Shown here: in pieces, positions 35,790 through 48,200 of the stretch
How positions within the stretch are numbered: position 1 is the first letter of the stretch
How the letters are laid out: each line of letters starts with the position of its first letter
NCBI GenBank assembly: GCA_025594325.1
Contig: JANHCV010000010.1
Location: 682,001-746,000 of the forward strand
Direction of reading: 5' to 3'
Source: Blastocladiella emersonii ATCC 22665
Lineage: Eukaryota > Fungi > Blastocladiomycota
DNA length: 64,000 bases
Translations under genes and position numbers: made by a program
Notes under the pieces: generated by a model
Seen by the model: only the letters and a program-made list of their open reading frames with translations
The model's database searches: none
Told to the model about the DNA's origin: nothing

Positions 35790-36537
35790 CAGGCTTCAGA
35801 GAGGAGGAGAGAAGCGAGAGGGCGGAGGAGAAGAAGGTTGCGCGGTCCCTGACAAACACAGGCACAGACACGCGTCGGGCGCAGCGGGTTGAAAAGGCGC
35901 AGCGAGGGGGGATGGCGTGTGCGCCCCCGATTGACCTCATCACACACGTTTGCGCTGCAGCGCCGGAGCGCAGCACCACGGCGCCGCTCGCCGCTGCAGC
36001 ACACGTTCCCCGCGGCGGCGACGGCAACGGCGACGCTCTCGCCCGCGCAGGCCGCGTGGCCATCCGGACAGGCTGATGCGGCGAGTGGTGGGAGACACGG
36101 CTTCGAGGAAGGAAGGCAGCACACGCGCCCGAGACGGCGGGACGCGTCGCGTGTGTGTGGCGCGCGCCGGGGGCGGCGGGTCACCTGACGCGGCCTGACC
36201 CAGTAAATACGCGGGCTGGATCGGGGCCTGCGCGACGCCGTGCTCGAGAATTATGGCGTCGTAGTGATCGCGCGCGTCGCGCCGAAGAAATTTTTTGAGA
36301 GGGGAGCGAGGCGAGGGTGAGGAGCGTCACTTGGCGGGGTCGTGCCTGTCGGGTCCATCACGAACGTGCCGGTCTGCGAGTGGATCTGACTTGGGCCTGA
36401 GCCAGCCGACCGACCTCCTGCACCAGCCGCCTCGGTGGTCGCTGGGCTGCCTCCCTCGGCCTACTTTTACTCCCCGCCTCCCCGCCGATCGCTTCCCTCA
36501 GCTTTCCGCCAGTCGCTGCAACTTGACACTATTCGCA

Positions 36538-38019
36538 ATGGAGACCGACGCCAACGTGGAGATCTGGAAGATCAAGAAGGTCATCAAGTCGCTCGACGCC
36601 GCGCGCGGCAACGGCACTTCCATGATCTCGCTCATCCTCCCGCCCAAGGGTACTACTCGCCTCCCGGCTGTCTGAGGGGGGTAGTCTCGGTGCTGCCGCT
36701 CGTGCTTTGTCGTCGCTCGGGGTGCATGTGGAGAGTGACCCGCGCGAGCGCGAGCGCGAGCGCGAGCACGAGCACGCCGCCGAACCCCCCTCGCTCAAGC
36801 ACCAAGCTGACCCAACCACACATCCCGACCCGTAGAACAGCTGCCGCGCGTCAACAAGATGCTGGCGGACGAGTACGGTGCCGCGTCCAACATCAAGTCG
36901 CGCGTGAACCGCCTGTCGGTGCTGTCGGCCATCACGTCGGCGCAGCAGAAGCTCAAGCTGTACAACCGGATCCCCGTCAACGGCCTGGTCATCTACTGCG
37001 GCACCGCCGTGACCGAGGACGGCAAGGAGAAGCGCCTCAACATCGACTTTGAGCCCTTCAAGCCCGTCAACACCTTCATGTACATGTGCGACAACAAGTT
37101 TCACACGGAGCCGCTCGCCGAGCTGCTCGAGAGCGACGCCAAGTTCGGGTTCATCGTCGTGGACGGCAACGGCGCCCTGTTCGGCACCATCGCCGGCAAC
37201 ACGCGCGAGGTGCTGCACCGCGTCTCGGTCGACCTGCCCAAGAAGCACGGCCGAGGCGGCCAGTCGGCGCTCCGTTTCGCGCGTCTCCGCGAGGAGAAGC
37301 GCCACAACTACGTGCGCAAGGTCGCCGAGCTGTCGGTCCAGTTCTTCATTACCAACGACAAGGTCAACGTCACCGGCCTCGTCCTGGCGGGTTCGGCCGA
37401 CTTCAAGACGGAGCTCGCGCAGTCGGACATGTTCGACCAGCGGTTGCAGGCCAAGATCGTCAACATTGTGGACGTGTCGTACGGCGGCGACAACGGGTTC
37501 AACCAGGCGATTGAGCTGTCGGCCGAGGTGCTCTCCAACGTCAAGTTCATCCAGGAGAAGAAGCTCATCAACAAGTACTTTGACGAGATCTCCATCGACT
37601 CGGGCAAGTACTGCTTCGGCGTCGAGGACACGCTCAAGGGCCTCGACATGGGCGCGGTCGAGACGCTCATCGTGTGGGAGAACCTGGATATCAACCGGTA
37701 CGTGCTCAAGAACCCCGCCACCGACTCGACGCTCGTCAAGCACCTCAAGCCCGCCGAGGAGGCCGACCGCAACAACTTTGTCCAGGACGGCCAGGACCTC
37801 GAGACGGTCGAGAAGGTGGCCCTCCTCGAGTGGTTTGCCGAAAACTACAAGGACTTCGGCACCCAGCTCGAGTTCGTCACCAACCGGTCCCAGGAAGGGT
37901 CCCAGTTCGTCCGCGGGTTCGGCGGCATCGGCGGCCTCCTCCGCTACAAGGTCGATTTCGCCACCCTCAACGCCTACGACGAGGAGGACGAGTTCCTCTC
38001 CGACGAGGACTACCTGTAA
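36538..38019 (+). CDS. SUP45: Eukaryotic release factor 1 (eRF1), 2 exons
   Basis: [49 protein letters not shown]; intron about 36650-36836. Confidence 0.97.
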
Positions 38020-38127
38020 GCGCCTCGCTCGCGTCGTTGGATGTTTTTCACCTACTAGCCCCTGAAAGAAGAAGCAATTGTATTCGTTTTGTTCTCCCAT
38101 CTACCCACACACGGACTCGCTCGCGCC

Positions 38128-38938
38128 TTAGGCAGCAAACGCCTTGGTAAAGAACGCGACCACCTCATCGACCGCCTCGTGCGTGCGCTGGCGGTTCAGC
38201 TCGTTCTCGAAATCGGCGCGCGCGCCGCACCACCCGTGGTGCATATCGTCGAACCGGCGGAACGCGTACAGCTTCCCCGTCGACTTGAGGTGGGCCTCGA
38301 CATCGGCCATGTCGGGCTCGTCCTTGGACGGCAGGATGCACAGCGGGCGTTTCGCGGCCTGGATCAGCTCGAGCTTGAGGAACGCCGGGTGCAGCAGCGC
38401 GGCGCCCGCGAGGTCCGCCGCCAGCTCGTCGGCGGCCTGCACGGCCATGAGCGAGCCCCAGCACAGGCCGACGACGCCGACCTTATGCGCGCCGTGCGCC
38501 TTGGCGTGGGCGATCGAGGCGGAGAGGAGCGGCTTGATCCGCGACCACCCGCCCGCGGTCGTCACCCACTGCATGAAGGCCGGGCCGTCCTTCTACGCGC
38601 GGGAACGGGTTAGAGTCGATGGATGGCGATCGAGATCGCGCAGCAAGACGTACAGGCGGGAAGTTGGCGAGCGACCACGCGTTGCCCTCAAAGAAGTCGG
38701 GCATGTAGACGCGCGCGCCGAGGCCGTGCGCGAGCAGGTCGACCGTCTGCTTGGTGGCCGGGTGGTACCCGAAGATGTCGTAGGTCATGACGAGCGCCGT
38801 GGCGGCGTCGGCGGGACCCACGACGTACGCGTCGAGGCCGCCGTCGAGCGTGACGTGCGCGCCCTTGGGCGTGTAATCGGACACGACGGGCGGCAGCGTG
38901 CAGCACGCCTTGCTGTGGGTCTGCTGGGTCGAGGCCAT
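38128..38938 (-). CDS. Dienelactone hydrolase family (AIM2-like), 2 exons
   Basis: ACCTLPPV, YDIFGYHP, VYMPDFF, nucleophile motif VGLCWG, FDDMHHGW. Confidence 0.9.
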
Positions 38939-39624
38939 GGTTGATGCGTTGCGAGTGGGTCGGGGTCGGGGAGAGAGAGAGGGGTGGGGAGAGAGAGGTG
39001 AACGGCGCGTCGGATCCGATGGACCGAAGGCCGGCGATCGATCGCGACAGCAACACAAACGGCGGCGCCGCAGCTGGCAAACCTGTCAACTTGTCGCGCG
39101 CGTGTCTCGCACCACCGGCCCCGCGCCCGACCCCCGCGATCGCAGCCAGCATGGACGGCTACCGATCGGATGGAGCGGCCACGGGCGCTGATAGGGCAAC
39201 AGGGGGTCGGTGGGTGGCGCGGGTGACCCGCCGAAGCAAGGGGAAGCCGGAAGGAAGCATCGCTGGCACTCACGAGCGACTCCGCAACGACGTCAGGCTC
39301 AACCGTCAGCGCGGACAGGGAAGACCGACTGCACCAAGTCGCGAAAGCTAAACGCGCACGCGGCGCGAACGAACGCGACTCGCGCGGGCAGCACGTGACG
39401 GCGGCAGGACGCGTCGGCGCCGCGTGACGCGTTTGGGCGTCTCGCTGGTGCTTCTTCCTTCCTTCCTTTCCTTCGCCTCGCGCGCGCGCCGCCCGCCCCA
39501 CTCGCCGGCCCTTCAAAAGCGCGCCCCTCGCTCGCCGCCCGCCCGCGCTCCCCCGTCTGCCTCGACACCACGCCGTCGCCTCCACCCCCCCCTCCACCCT
39601 CACCCACCCACCACTACGCATCGA

Positions 39625-40765
39625 ATGAACTCGACCGCCGCTCGCAAGGGAGCCAAGTTCAACAAGCACCGCCGCGACACCAACCGCAGCGGCGCCGACC
39701 CGTTCGAGCCCGCCGGCGACGACGCCTTCGTCACCAACCTGCACGACCCCGCCGAGGAGCGCCGCCTCGCTGCCGAGGAGGCCGCGCGCGCCGCCAACAA
39801 GCGCCACGGAGCGGGCGCCAACAACCGGAACCGGTCCGCGTCGCCCACCAAGCCCGCCGGCGCTGCCGCTGCCGCTGCGCCCGCGCCCCAGAAGCAGTCG
39901 GCCTCGTGGGACGAGGAGGACAGCGACGCCGACGAGTCGCCCGCGCCCGCTAAGCGCGCCACCGCGGCGGCGCCCAAGTCGGCCCCGCCCACCGTTTCCA
40001 CGACCAAGAAGCCCGCGCCCGCCCCCGTCGTCGACGATACCCCGCCGTCGCCCAAGTCGGCCCGTCATGCCGCGCGCATCGCCGCCAAGAACGGCGCCCA
40101 CGGCGGTAAGGCTCGCGCCCCCGAGCCCGAGCCGGAGCCCGTCGCTGCTCCCGCCCCCGCTGCGTCCGCCGCCGGCGGCAAGAAGAAGAAGAAGATCGTG
40201 ATCCCCGGCCAGGCCACGGACCCCGCCAAGGCAACCACGCTCGACGAGCTGCGCGGCCGCGCGCGCGCCAAGTCGGCTGCGGGGCCCGAGTCGCCCAAGA
40301 GCGCGGTACAGTCTTCTTTCTCTGGGTGCACGGTGATCGGCGACTGATCCTCGTGTGTGTAGAAGCTCCGCGGGCCCGAAGACCGCTCGCGTTCGCCGTC
40401 CGAGGGCCGCGACGAGCCGTCGCGCCGCGAGCGGTGCGCTTTCTCCCCCATCTCCTTCCCTCTCTCCTTTCCCTCCCACTCACACCCCGTCCCCCTCTCG
40501 TAGTGAGGCTGTCGACAAGGCCACTATCCTCAAGACCGAGCAGGCCCGCTCGGACCTCGAGCGCCTCGCCCTCATCCGCAAGGAGCGCGAGGAGGCGGCC
40601 GCGCGCCGTGCCTTCGAGCTCGCCAACAAGGCCACCAACAAGCCCGTCAACGCCAACGCCAAGACGGCCACGCCGGCCGTGGCTGCCACCGCGTCGGCCG
40701 ACAAGAACGGCGCCGCCGGCGGCGGGTCCGCCAAGGCGAAGCGCTCCGGCAAGGCCCGCCCGTAA
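39625..40765 (+). CDS. PDAP1: PP28/PDAP1-domain protein with low-complexity N-terminus, 3 exons
   Basis: PSRRER...KTEQARSDLERLALIRKEREEAAARR. Confidence 0.7.
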
Positions 40766-40880
40766 GTTTGGCGGGACCGGGTCGGAGGGTGGCGCTCGCT
40801 GGATATTGCATGCACATACCACACGGATGAATGAATGATTGACGGATGTGGGATCTATATTGTGATTGACCGCCGCGGGA

Positions 40881-41808
40881 TCAGGACTTGGTTGGCATCG
40901 GCGGGGTCGTCGTTGTCGCGACGGGGGAATGCAGTGGCTGCGGCCACTCGGGACACTCGGCGCGGAACCACTCGAGCGTTGCCGCCGGCAGCTGGTGCAG
41001 GATGAGCCCGAAGACGTGTCGATCGGGCGAAAAGTGGCCGATCTGCTTGCACCACGCCAGCGTCGCGAACGTCTCGGCCTTGGCCGCCGCTGCGCACCGC
41101 GTACTGCAGGTGCAGCTCCCACGGCTGCGTCGCGAGCCAGTCAGGGCACTCGGCGTGAAGCCATGCGAGCGTCGCCGCCGGCAGCTGGTGCAGGATGAGC
41201 CCAAAGACGTGCCGGTCGGGCGAAAAGTGGCCGATCTGCTCGCACCACGCGAGCGTCGCGAACGTCTCGGCCTTGGCCGCAGCGACCACCGCGCTGTCCA
41301 AGCGGCGAGTACTGAGCTTGCCCTGCGCGTGCCACTACTGCAGCACGCCGACATGCCCACTCCTCGCAGCGTCGTCCATTGCCACGCTGCGCTGAGGCAT
41401 GACGCAGCACTCGTGCGCGTGAAGCCACTCGAGGACGTGGACGTGTCCCGCGGCCGTGGCGGAGTTGGCCGCACGCTCCGAGCGCGGGAACGCGAGCCCG
41501 GTGTGATACCAGAAACCGTGCGCCCTGTCGCGGCTGCGTGTTCAACAAACCGCTTGCAGTCCCGGATCCGGTCGAACTCGAGCTTGCCCCCGTCCGAGTA
41601 GCTGAGGAACTCCTTGAGCAGTGGCCCGCTCAGGGAATGCGCCATGGCGTTGAAAATCGTTGTGCTCAGCAGGTGGACGACGACCCGCCGTAGCCGCTCC
41701 ATGCCGGGCGCCACGCGAAGGTACGGCAGCGGGTTGAAGGGGACCGGCCGTGGTGGACGGCGAGGATCAGGATCGATTCAACGACGTCGTAGGGCATGCG
41801 GCGGTGCA
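40881..41808 (-). pseudogene. Array copy A1: F-box-like/ankyrin-like repeat gene, frameshifted, with internal duplication and truncated 3' end
   Basis: MHRRMPYDVVESILILAV, frameshift before FNPLPYLRVAPGMERLRR; ~150-bp direct repeat 40942-41092 / 41136-41282. Confidence 0.85.
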
Positions 41809-41932
41809 TTGCAAAAAGTGGTGGGGTTCATCAACGGGTGTGCATAGCCAAAAGTGGGGTTCAGGACGAGCGAGTGTGGAGGACGGCGAGGTGGACGGCT
41901 TGGCTCTGGGACTTCGCTCGCGGTCGGACCGC

Positions 41933-41954
41933 CACGTTGTGGCGCAGCGCGCTC
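41933..41954 (-). promoter_or_regulatory. Conserved ~22-bp upstream motif (plus strand CACGYTGTGGCGCRGCGC), also at 43303, 44520 and 52534
   Basis: Found 120-125 bp upstream of the ATGs of A1, A2, A3 and A6 while flanking DNA is diverged. Confidence 0.65.
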
Positions 41955-42121
41955 GAGCAGACATCGGCATCCCTTACAATGAACCTCAAGAGTCTCAAAC
42001 AGACAATTGATCGACTGAATGAAGATATTGAGGTTGTATGCAATCAAACTCGACCATGACAGCGTCAGCGACCGACCAGGTCTTCGATACGGAAGAGCAT
42101 GTGGCGAGACGGCTACGGCTC

Positions 42122-43183
42122 CTACTTGACCGGCAGTCCACGTTCCTTGAACCATTTGTACGCCACTTTGTGCAAACCGCGCACGTACTTGATCTCGCGG
42201 CCAGTGCGCTCGAGCCAGTGAATCACCGCCAACGCACGCACTCTGGGCCGCACGATGCCCAGCACCTGGTCCGAATACACGAGCGCGGCCGGCGGAAGGT
42301 GCGCGTCGAGCCAGTCGAGCATCTTGACGCTGCCCGTGCCGAACGCTACGTCGATAGCGGACCGACCGTCCGCGAGCCGCGTCCACCGCGGGTCGTCCGC
42401 GGGGACGTAGTGCACGAGCGCCCACGACAAGAACGATGTGCCACGGCCGTGCACGGCGTTCAGCATGTGCAGCTCCCACGGCTGCGAGGCCAGCCATTCG
42501 GGGCACTCGGCGCGGAACCAGTCTAGCGACGCCGTCGGCAGCTGGTGCAGGAAAAGCCCGAGGACAAGTCGTTTTGGGAAAAACACGTTGAGCTCCTTGA
42601 GCCACGCAAACGTTGCGAACGTCTCGGCCTTGGCAGCTGCGACAACTGCACTGTCCAGCCGGCGAAGGTTGTTCAGCTTGGATTTGGCGCGCCACCACTG
42701 CAGCACCTCGACGTGGCCCTTCCGGGCGGCCTCGTCCGTGATCTCGTACGCCGGAAGATAGATCCCGTCGTTGGTGCGTGCGTCGAACCACTCGAGGATA
42801 TGGACGTGGCCCGCGGCCGTCGCGGACGCCGTCGCACCGCGCGTGACCGTGAAGCCGAACTTGTTATCATGCCAAAACTCGAGGACGTCGGTACGTCCTG
42901 CGCCCGCTGCTTGTTCGACAAACTCAGTGCAGTCGTAGGCCCGGCTCGGCCTGTGCTTGGCCGCGCCGCGGTAGTGGAGGTACGTCTTGAGCAGCGGCAG
43001 ATTCATTGAGCGGGCGGCATCTTCGAAGGTAGGCACGATCTGCAGATTGAAGACGACACGCCGCAGCTGCTCCATGCCGGGTGCCACGCGCAGGTACGGC
43101 AGCGGGTCGAACGGAGATTGCTCAAGCTGGACAGCAAGGATGAGGACCTCCTCAACAAGGTGATAGGGGGTTCGCCGATGCAT
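42122..43183 (-). CDS. Array copy A2 (intact, 353 aa): F-box-like N-terminus plus ankyrin-like repeats
   Basis: YHLVEEVLILAV..FDPLPYLRVAPG; repeats AAGAGRTDVLEFW, ATAAGHVHILEWF, AARKGHVEVLQWW. Confidence 0.85.
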   Translation of the reverse strand: MHRRTPYHLVEEVLILAVQLEQSPFDPLPYLRVAPGMEQLRRVVFNLQIVPTFEDAARSMNLPLLKTYLHYRGAAKHRPSRAYDCTEFVEQAAGAGRTDVLEFWHDNKFGFTVTRGATASATAAGHVHILEWFDARTNDGIYLPAYEITDEAARKGHVEVLQWWRAKSKLNNLRRLDSAVVAAAKAETFATFAWLKELNVFFPKRLVLGLFLHQLPTASLDWFRAECPEWLASQPWELHMLNAVHGRGTSFLSWALVHYVPADDPRWTRLADGRSAIDVAFGTGSVKMLDWLDAHLPPAALVYSDQVLGIVRPRVRALAVIHWLERTGREIKYVRGLHKVAYKWFKERGLPVK

Positions 43184-43518
43184 TGCAAGAAGTTGTGGGG
43201 TTCATTAACAAATGTGCATTGCGACAACTGGGGTTTAAGTGAGCGAGAGGGGTGCAGGCTCGCGGCGCTCTCTGTTATCGGCTAGGTGGTGCCGCTGATC
43301 ATCACGCTGTGGCGCAGCGCCCTCGGACGCAGTCGGGGCGAGGGATCGCGAGCAGCACGGCGCGTTGCGTGATCACCGTTTCGATCAGCTGTATGAAATG
43401 ACAGGATTATATAGGGCGGGAGAGAATACTCTTAGTGTACATCGTAGGGCGACTCAGAGTGATACTTGTCGTCGCGGCTGAAGCGGTCGTCCTACTCGTC
43501 GTCGCGGCGATGGGGACC

Positions 43519-44396
43519 TCAACGACTAGGCCCGTGCTTGAGCGGCAGCCCGCGCTCTTTGAGCCAGCTGATGGCACCGGTGCAACCTTGCTCGTAGAAG
43601 ACGCGGACCACCGCGGCCGTGTACTTGAGCTCGCGGCCCGTTTGTTCGAACCAATTGAGCACATGTGTCACCTCGCCCCGCTGCTTGAGCACCACGGTGA
43701 TCAGCGCGTTTTCTGTGTAGGTGAGCGCGGCCGGCGGAAGGTGCGCGTCAAGCCAATCGAGTGATGTTACGCTCGCCGCGCTGCACGCCACGTCAATCGC
43801 CGGCCGCCCGCCTGGAAGCTGCGTCCACTGCGGGTCGTCGGCGGGGGACGTAGTGTTCGAGGACCCAAGAGAGAAACGGCGTTCCGTGCCCGTACAGCGC
43901 GTTCTGGATGTGAAGCCCCCCCACGGGTGCGTGGCTAGCCACTCAGGACACTCGGCGTGAAGCCATTCGAGAGCCGTCATCTTCGCCTGGTGCAGGGGGA
44001 GCCCGAATTCGAGCCGCTTCGGGGTAAAGTAACCGAGCTCCTTGAACCACTCGAGCGTCACGATTCTCCCGGCCCTCGCTGCCGCCATGAATGCCCTGTC
44101 CAAGCGGAATCTGTCCTTGTCCCACGCATACCAACACCGATGCACATCGACATGGCCGTTCCGCGCGGCAGCGTCCCCACTTTGTTTGTCTGGGAAGGCA
44201 AGCGACGAGGCAGGTTCATTGAGCAAATGGCACTGACGAAGCTTGGCCGAAGCGGCAGATTGAAGACGACGCGCCGCAGCCGCTCCATGCCGGGTGCCAC
44301 GCGCAAGTACGGGAGCGGGTTGAACTCTTCTGGCTCAAGTCGGGCCGTGCGGATGAGAATATCCTCAACGATATCGAGCGGGATTCGCTGATGCAT
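43519..44396 (-). pseudogene. Array copy A3, frameshifted
   Basis: MHQRIPLDIVEDILI..FNPLPYLRVAPG; frame changes after SMNLP and near HPWGG. Confidence 0.8.
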
Positions 44397-44612
44397 TGCA
44401 GTAAGTGATGGTTTCGTCAAAGTGTGTGCATGGCAGTATTGGGGTGTACGGGAGAGCGGAGCCCGAGCGCCAAAAACGAACCTACGCCCTTGCTGTCTCC
44501 GATGTTCATTTCCGCGCGTCACGTTGTGGCGCAGCGCGCTCCTGTGTGAGAGACACTTCGAAGGGAAATTCAATTAAACGCACTGAATTTGAAAATTACA
44601 AGTGAACATGCT

Positions 44613-45235
44613 TCATTCGTCCCAGGTGCTGTCTTGGTGCTCCAGCCGGAAACAGGCGGGTAGCCCGGTCCCACGCCACCATTTGGCCGCGCGCATGCAG
44701 CGTCGCTTGAGCGCAAAACTGCCGATACCGGACTGGTATTTCAGCTCGAGGCCTTGATCTGCGAGCCATTGCAGAAGATCGACCCAATTGTGGAAGGTCA
44801 TCCATTTCATTGCTCGAGCCGTACACTGGATCTCGCGGCCCGTGCAGACGAACCAGTTGAGCAGGGGTACCGAACAGCGCTGGAAATCGATCGTATCGAG
44901 AAAATTGGGCTTCAAGGTAAGCGCGACGGGCGGAAGATGCGACGCCATCCACTCAAGAGTAGCCACGCTGGTCTCGTTGCACTTGGTGATGGCCGCCTTG
45001 CATTCCATGAAGAAGGTAGCGTTCTGTCGCGGAGGCTGACCGAGCCACCGTGGATCGTCAGCGGGGACAAAGTGTTCGAGGACCCAAGAGAGAAAGCCCA
45101 GGGCCGAGCCGCAGATACCCAGCTCGATGTGGAGCTCCCAGCGTTGATTGTCAAACCACGTGGATTCTTTGCGCTGAAACCAATCGAGAGAAGCTGGATG
45201 GATCCAATGCATAGCCAAGTTGTTGAATGTTGTTT
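44613..45235 (-). pseudogene. 3' half of array copy A4/A5 (split by the Helitron)
   Basis: TTFNNLAMHWIHPASLDWF...PACFRLEHQDSTWDE is colinear with the C-terminal half of A7 (HWFHPDALEWW...PNCFRPEHVDGAW). Confidence 0.85.
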
Positions 45236-48200
45236 TCAGCTGTAGCTTTAGCGAAGCTGAGTTTCTGTGGGAGCAATTGAAACCTATCAGGCACATCAAC
45301 CTTGCTCTTGTGGTCACATGAGTGGCTCAGTGACCGTTTTCGATTTTCGTCGCGCAACGAGTTCCGTTGTTTTTCGCTTTCACTTCATTCCGACCCCTGC
45401 AACGTAAATCTGGACTGTGCTTTGCCTAGTCCCCAACAGTTCGAGGCTGTTCACTTCGAGGGGAGCGAGGTCCTGTGCAGCGGTTCCCGTGCGCAGGCGC
45501 GACGAGACGGACCTCGCTCAAAACTGACTGTTCAGCATCACGTGACCTGACATCAATCCTGTCTGGCTGCATTTTCGCGCCCTCGGAAGCTCTCCCACTC
45601 CACGCCCGCTCGCTTGCGCTTGCCGCTGCTCGTCGACGCTCTTTGAGACCTCCTGTGCTGACCAGCTCTTTACCCGCCACTCCTACCCCATGCAGCGCTT
45701 AATACTTCGCGATCCGGCGTCTGCCTGGCCGCCATGCGGCCACATATAAAGGCGCGCGGGCCGCCGCTGACAGTCCTTGCTCTCCTCCACCACTCGCAAC
45801 ACCATGAACTTCTCTCCCACGTTCTCGCTGCGCTGCTCGTCGCGCTTCACGGTTTTCTCCGAGCTTCCATCTCCGCTGTCAAGCCCCTTCCTCTTCTTCA
45901 ACATCGAGATCCCCGTCCGCTACTCGCCTGGTGTTCCCCTCACCAACGCCAACGCCTTGACCGATCCGCTTGGCTTGCTGCAGGCCACGGCCGTTGCGTA
46001 CCACGGCAGCCTGCTCGTTGGCAACTTGTACAAGGCCGACGGCTTCATCAAGATTGACGTGTGCCCATCCGTGATGGCTCCAACCTTCAACGCCCCCAAG
46101 ACGCTCGTGTTCTACCCGATCGCTTCCAGCCTGCTTGGTCAACTTGACCCCGCCATCCGCTACCCCGACCCCGCAATCATCAGCGGCCTGTTCACCTTTG
46201 GTTTGGTCGTCCTCATTGATTCGTTCCCTCACCGCGCTCACACACATCTCCCACTTCTAGGCGGCGGCAAGACGTTCGCCATGTGCCAACCCACGCTTGA
46301 ACTGGCCCAGCCCATGACCATCATGAACAGCACGTTGCAGTTCCTCGGATCAGGACCGAGCGAGTGGCACAGCCGCTTGGAGTCGTTGCTCCAAAGATCC
46401 AACCGGCGAATTGCGCAGCACAACGCGTCCAGCTTTGTCGCGTTCAACATCATTGCAAAACGCCACATTGGGTTCCACACTCGACTTTGTGTGCCCAAGG
46501 AGGAGTACAACAACGTGAGCCGTGTGTACAATGGGCTCTCGAGTGAGCAGCTTACTCAGGCTCTCAAACTTGCTCAAGAGAACCAGCTGCACCGACTCCC
46601 AAAGCCAATCTTTGGGCTGCTCAACAAGGTGCGCGCAATCAGCACGCACATTCTGGGCACTGCACCATGGATGCAAGCCCGGCGGAACAAGATGCGGGCG
46701 CTTACAATTCAGTATGGGCTTCCTACGTTCTACCTTACTCTCAACCCGACCGACACCAATTCGCCAATTGTGCAATTTATGGCCGGCGAGTCGGTGCAGG
46801 AAATTTACAAGGGTAAATTCGCTGACGCGCACAAACGCCGCCTGTTTGTGGCCAAGGATGCACCCGCTTCTGCGCTATACTTTGACTTTGTCGTCGACCT
46901 GATCCTCGACAAGCTCGTGTATGGTCGCGTCGGTAACTTGAAGGAGAACGGCGTCAGGATCTTCGGCAAGATCAACACACATTACAGCATGGTCGAGGCG
47001 CAGGGATGGGGGTCGTTGCACATCCATCTTTTGCTCTGGGCAGATAAGGTTCCAGACCAGGTGCAGCTCGCAAAGGACATTGAGACCTTTGGCGAACCCT
47101 ACGTTGAGCGGATCAAGCGTTTTACGGAATCCATTGTACAGCAGGGCTTCTTTGCGCCTGGCCCGCTTGCTGAAGCACTGTGCTGCGGTGCCGAGCAGAA
47201 CATAGATTTGCCTCTCAAGTCATCAACTTGTCCGTCTGTCAACGCGGACGATCCAAACGGCAAGTGTACAACGCTCGCTGACGTATCTCACGATTGCAAA
47301 CCATTCGCGCTCAACGACATTGACCATCCGTCACGTTTGATGCCAGTGCCTGCGTTTGGATCGAGAAAAGCTTCTGGCTCGCGACCGTCATCGCCAATTC
47401 GATCTTCTCCAACAGGCGGGGCGGCGCCGTCTCAACAACAAGCGCGCTTGCAGCCCGGTCAGCTCAAGTTCGCAACACTTTTGTCGGTTCGCTCGCACAT
47501 CAACCAGACCCTTCAGCGAGCGCAAATGCACAAGTGTACGAGTACTTGCTTCAAGAGCAAAGCAGCGAAGCGGACGGGCGGGTGCCGATTTAATTATGCA
47601 GCCTTGCTTGGAAAGAAGATTCGCAAGTTTTTGATCCAGATTGTCGCTGACGAGATCAACGTCAAACAGGCGGTCATGCAATTGGGGCGATCGCACAAGT
47701 GGATCAACGCTTACAATCCAGTCCTCACCGCCGTACTTTGCTCGAACTCGGACGTCAAGCCTCTCTACATGCCCTCAAGTAATCCTGCGGCAATCGCTTT
47801 TTACATCACCAACTATATCAGCAAAACTGGACCGGCGACATACCACACCACGGCACTGATTCAGTGTGCCGCAAAGGTTCGCGCCCTTGCAGAACAAGGC
47901 GGTCGAGATGCTTACAACCGTTATGGCCCCCTGATCCACCGCTTGGTAAGCGAGATGCTTACGTCGCAGGAATTCAGCGCGCAGCAGGTCGCACTCTGGG
48001 TCTTTGACGGTCAGGACCAACCATGGGTTCGGACCGACTCCAGCTTTGACCAGCTACCGCTCTACAGCTTCATTCGTACGCTCAACGCCCAAGTGGCATC
48101 AGCTTCCTCTCACCAATCGAACGCCAACACTGCTGGCTTGAACAAACACAAAGTCGACGATGTCACAGATGTGACCGAGGAGGTCGAGTCTTCTGCAAAC

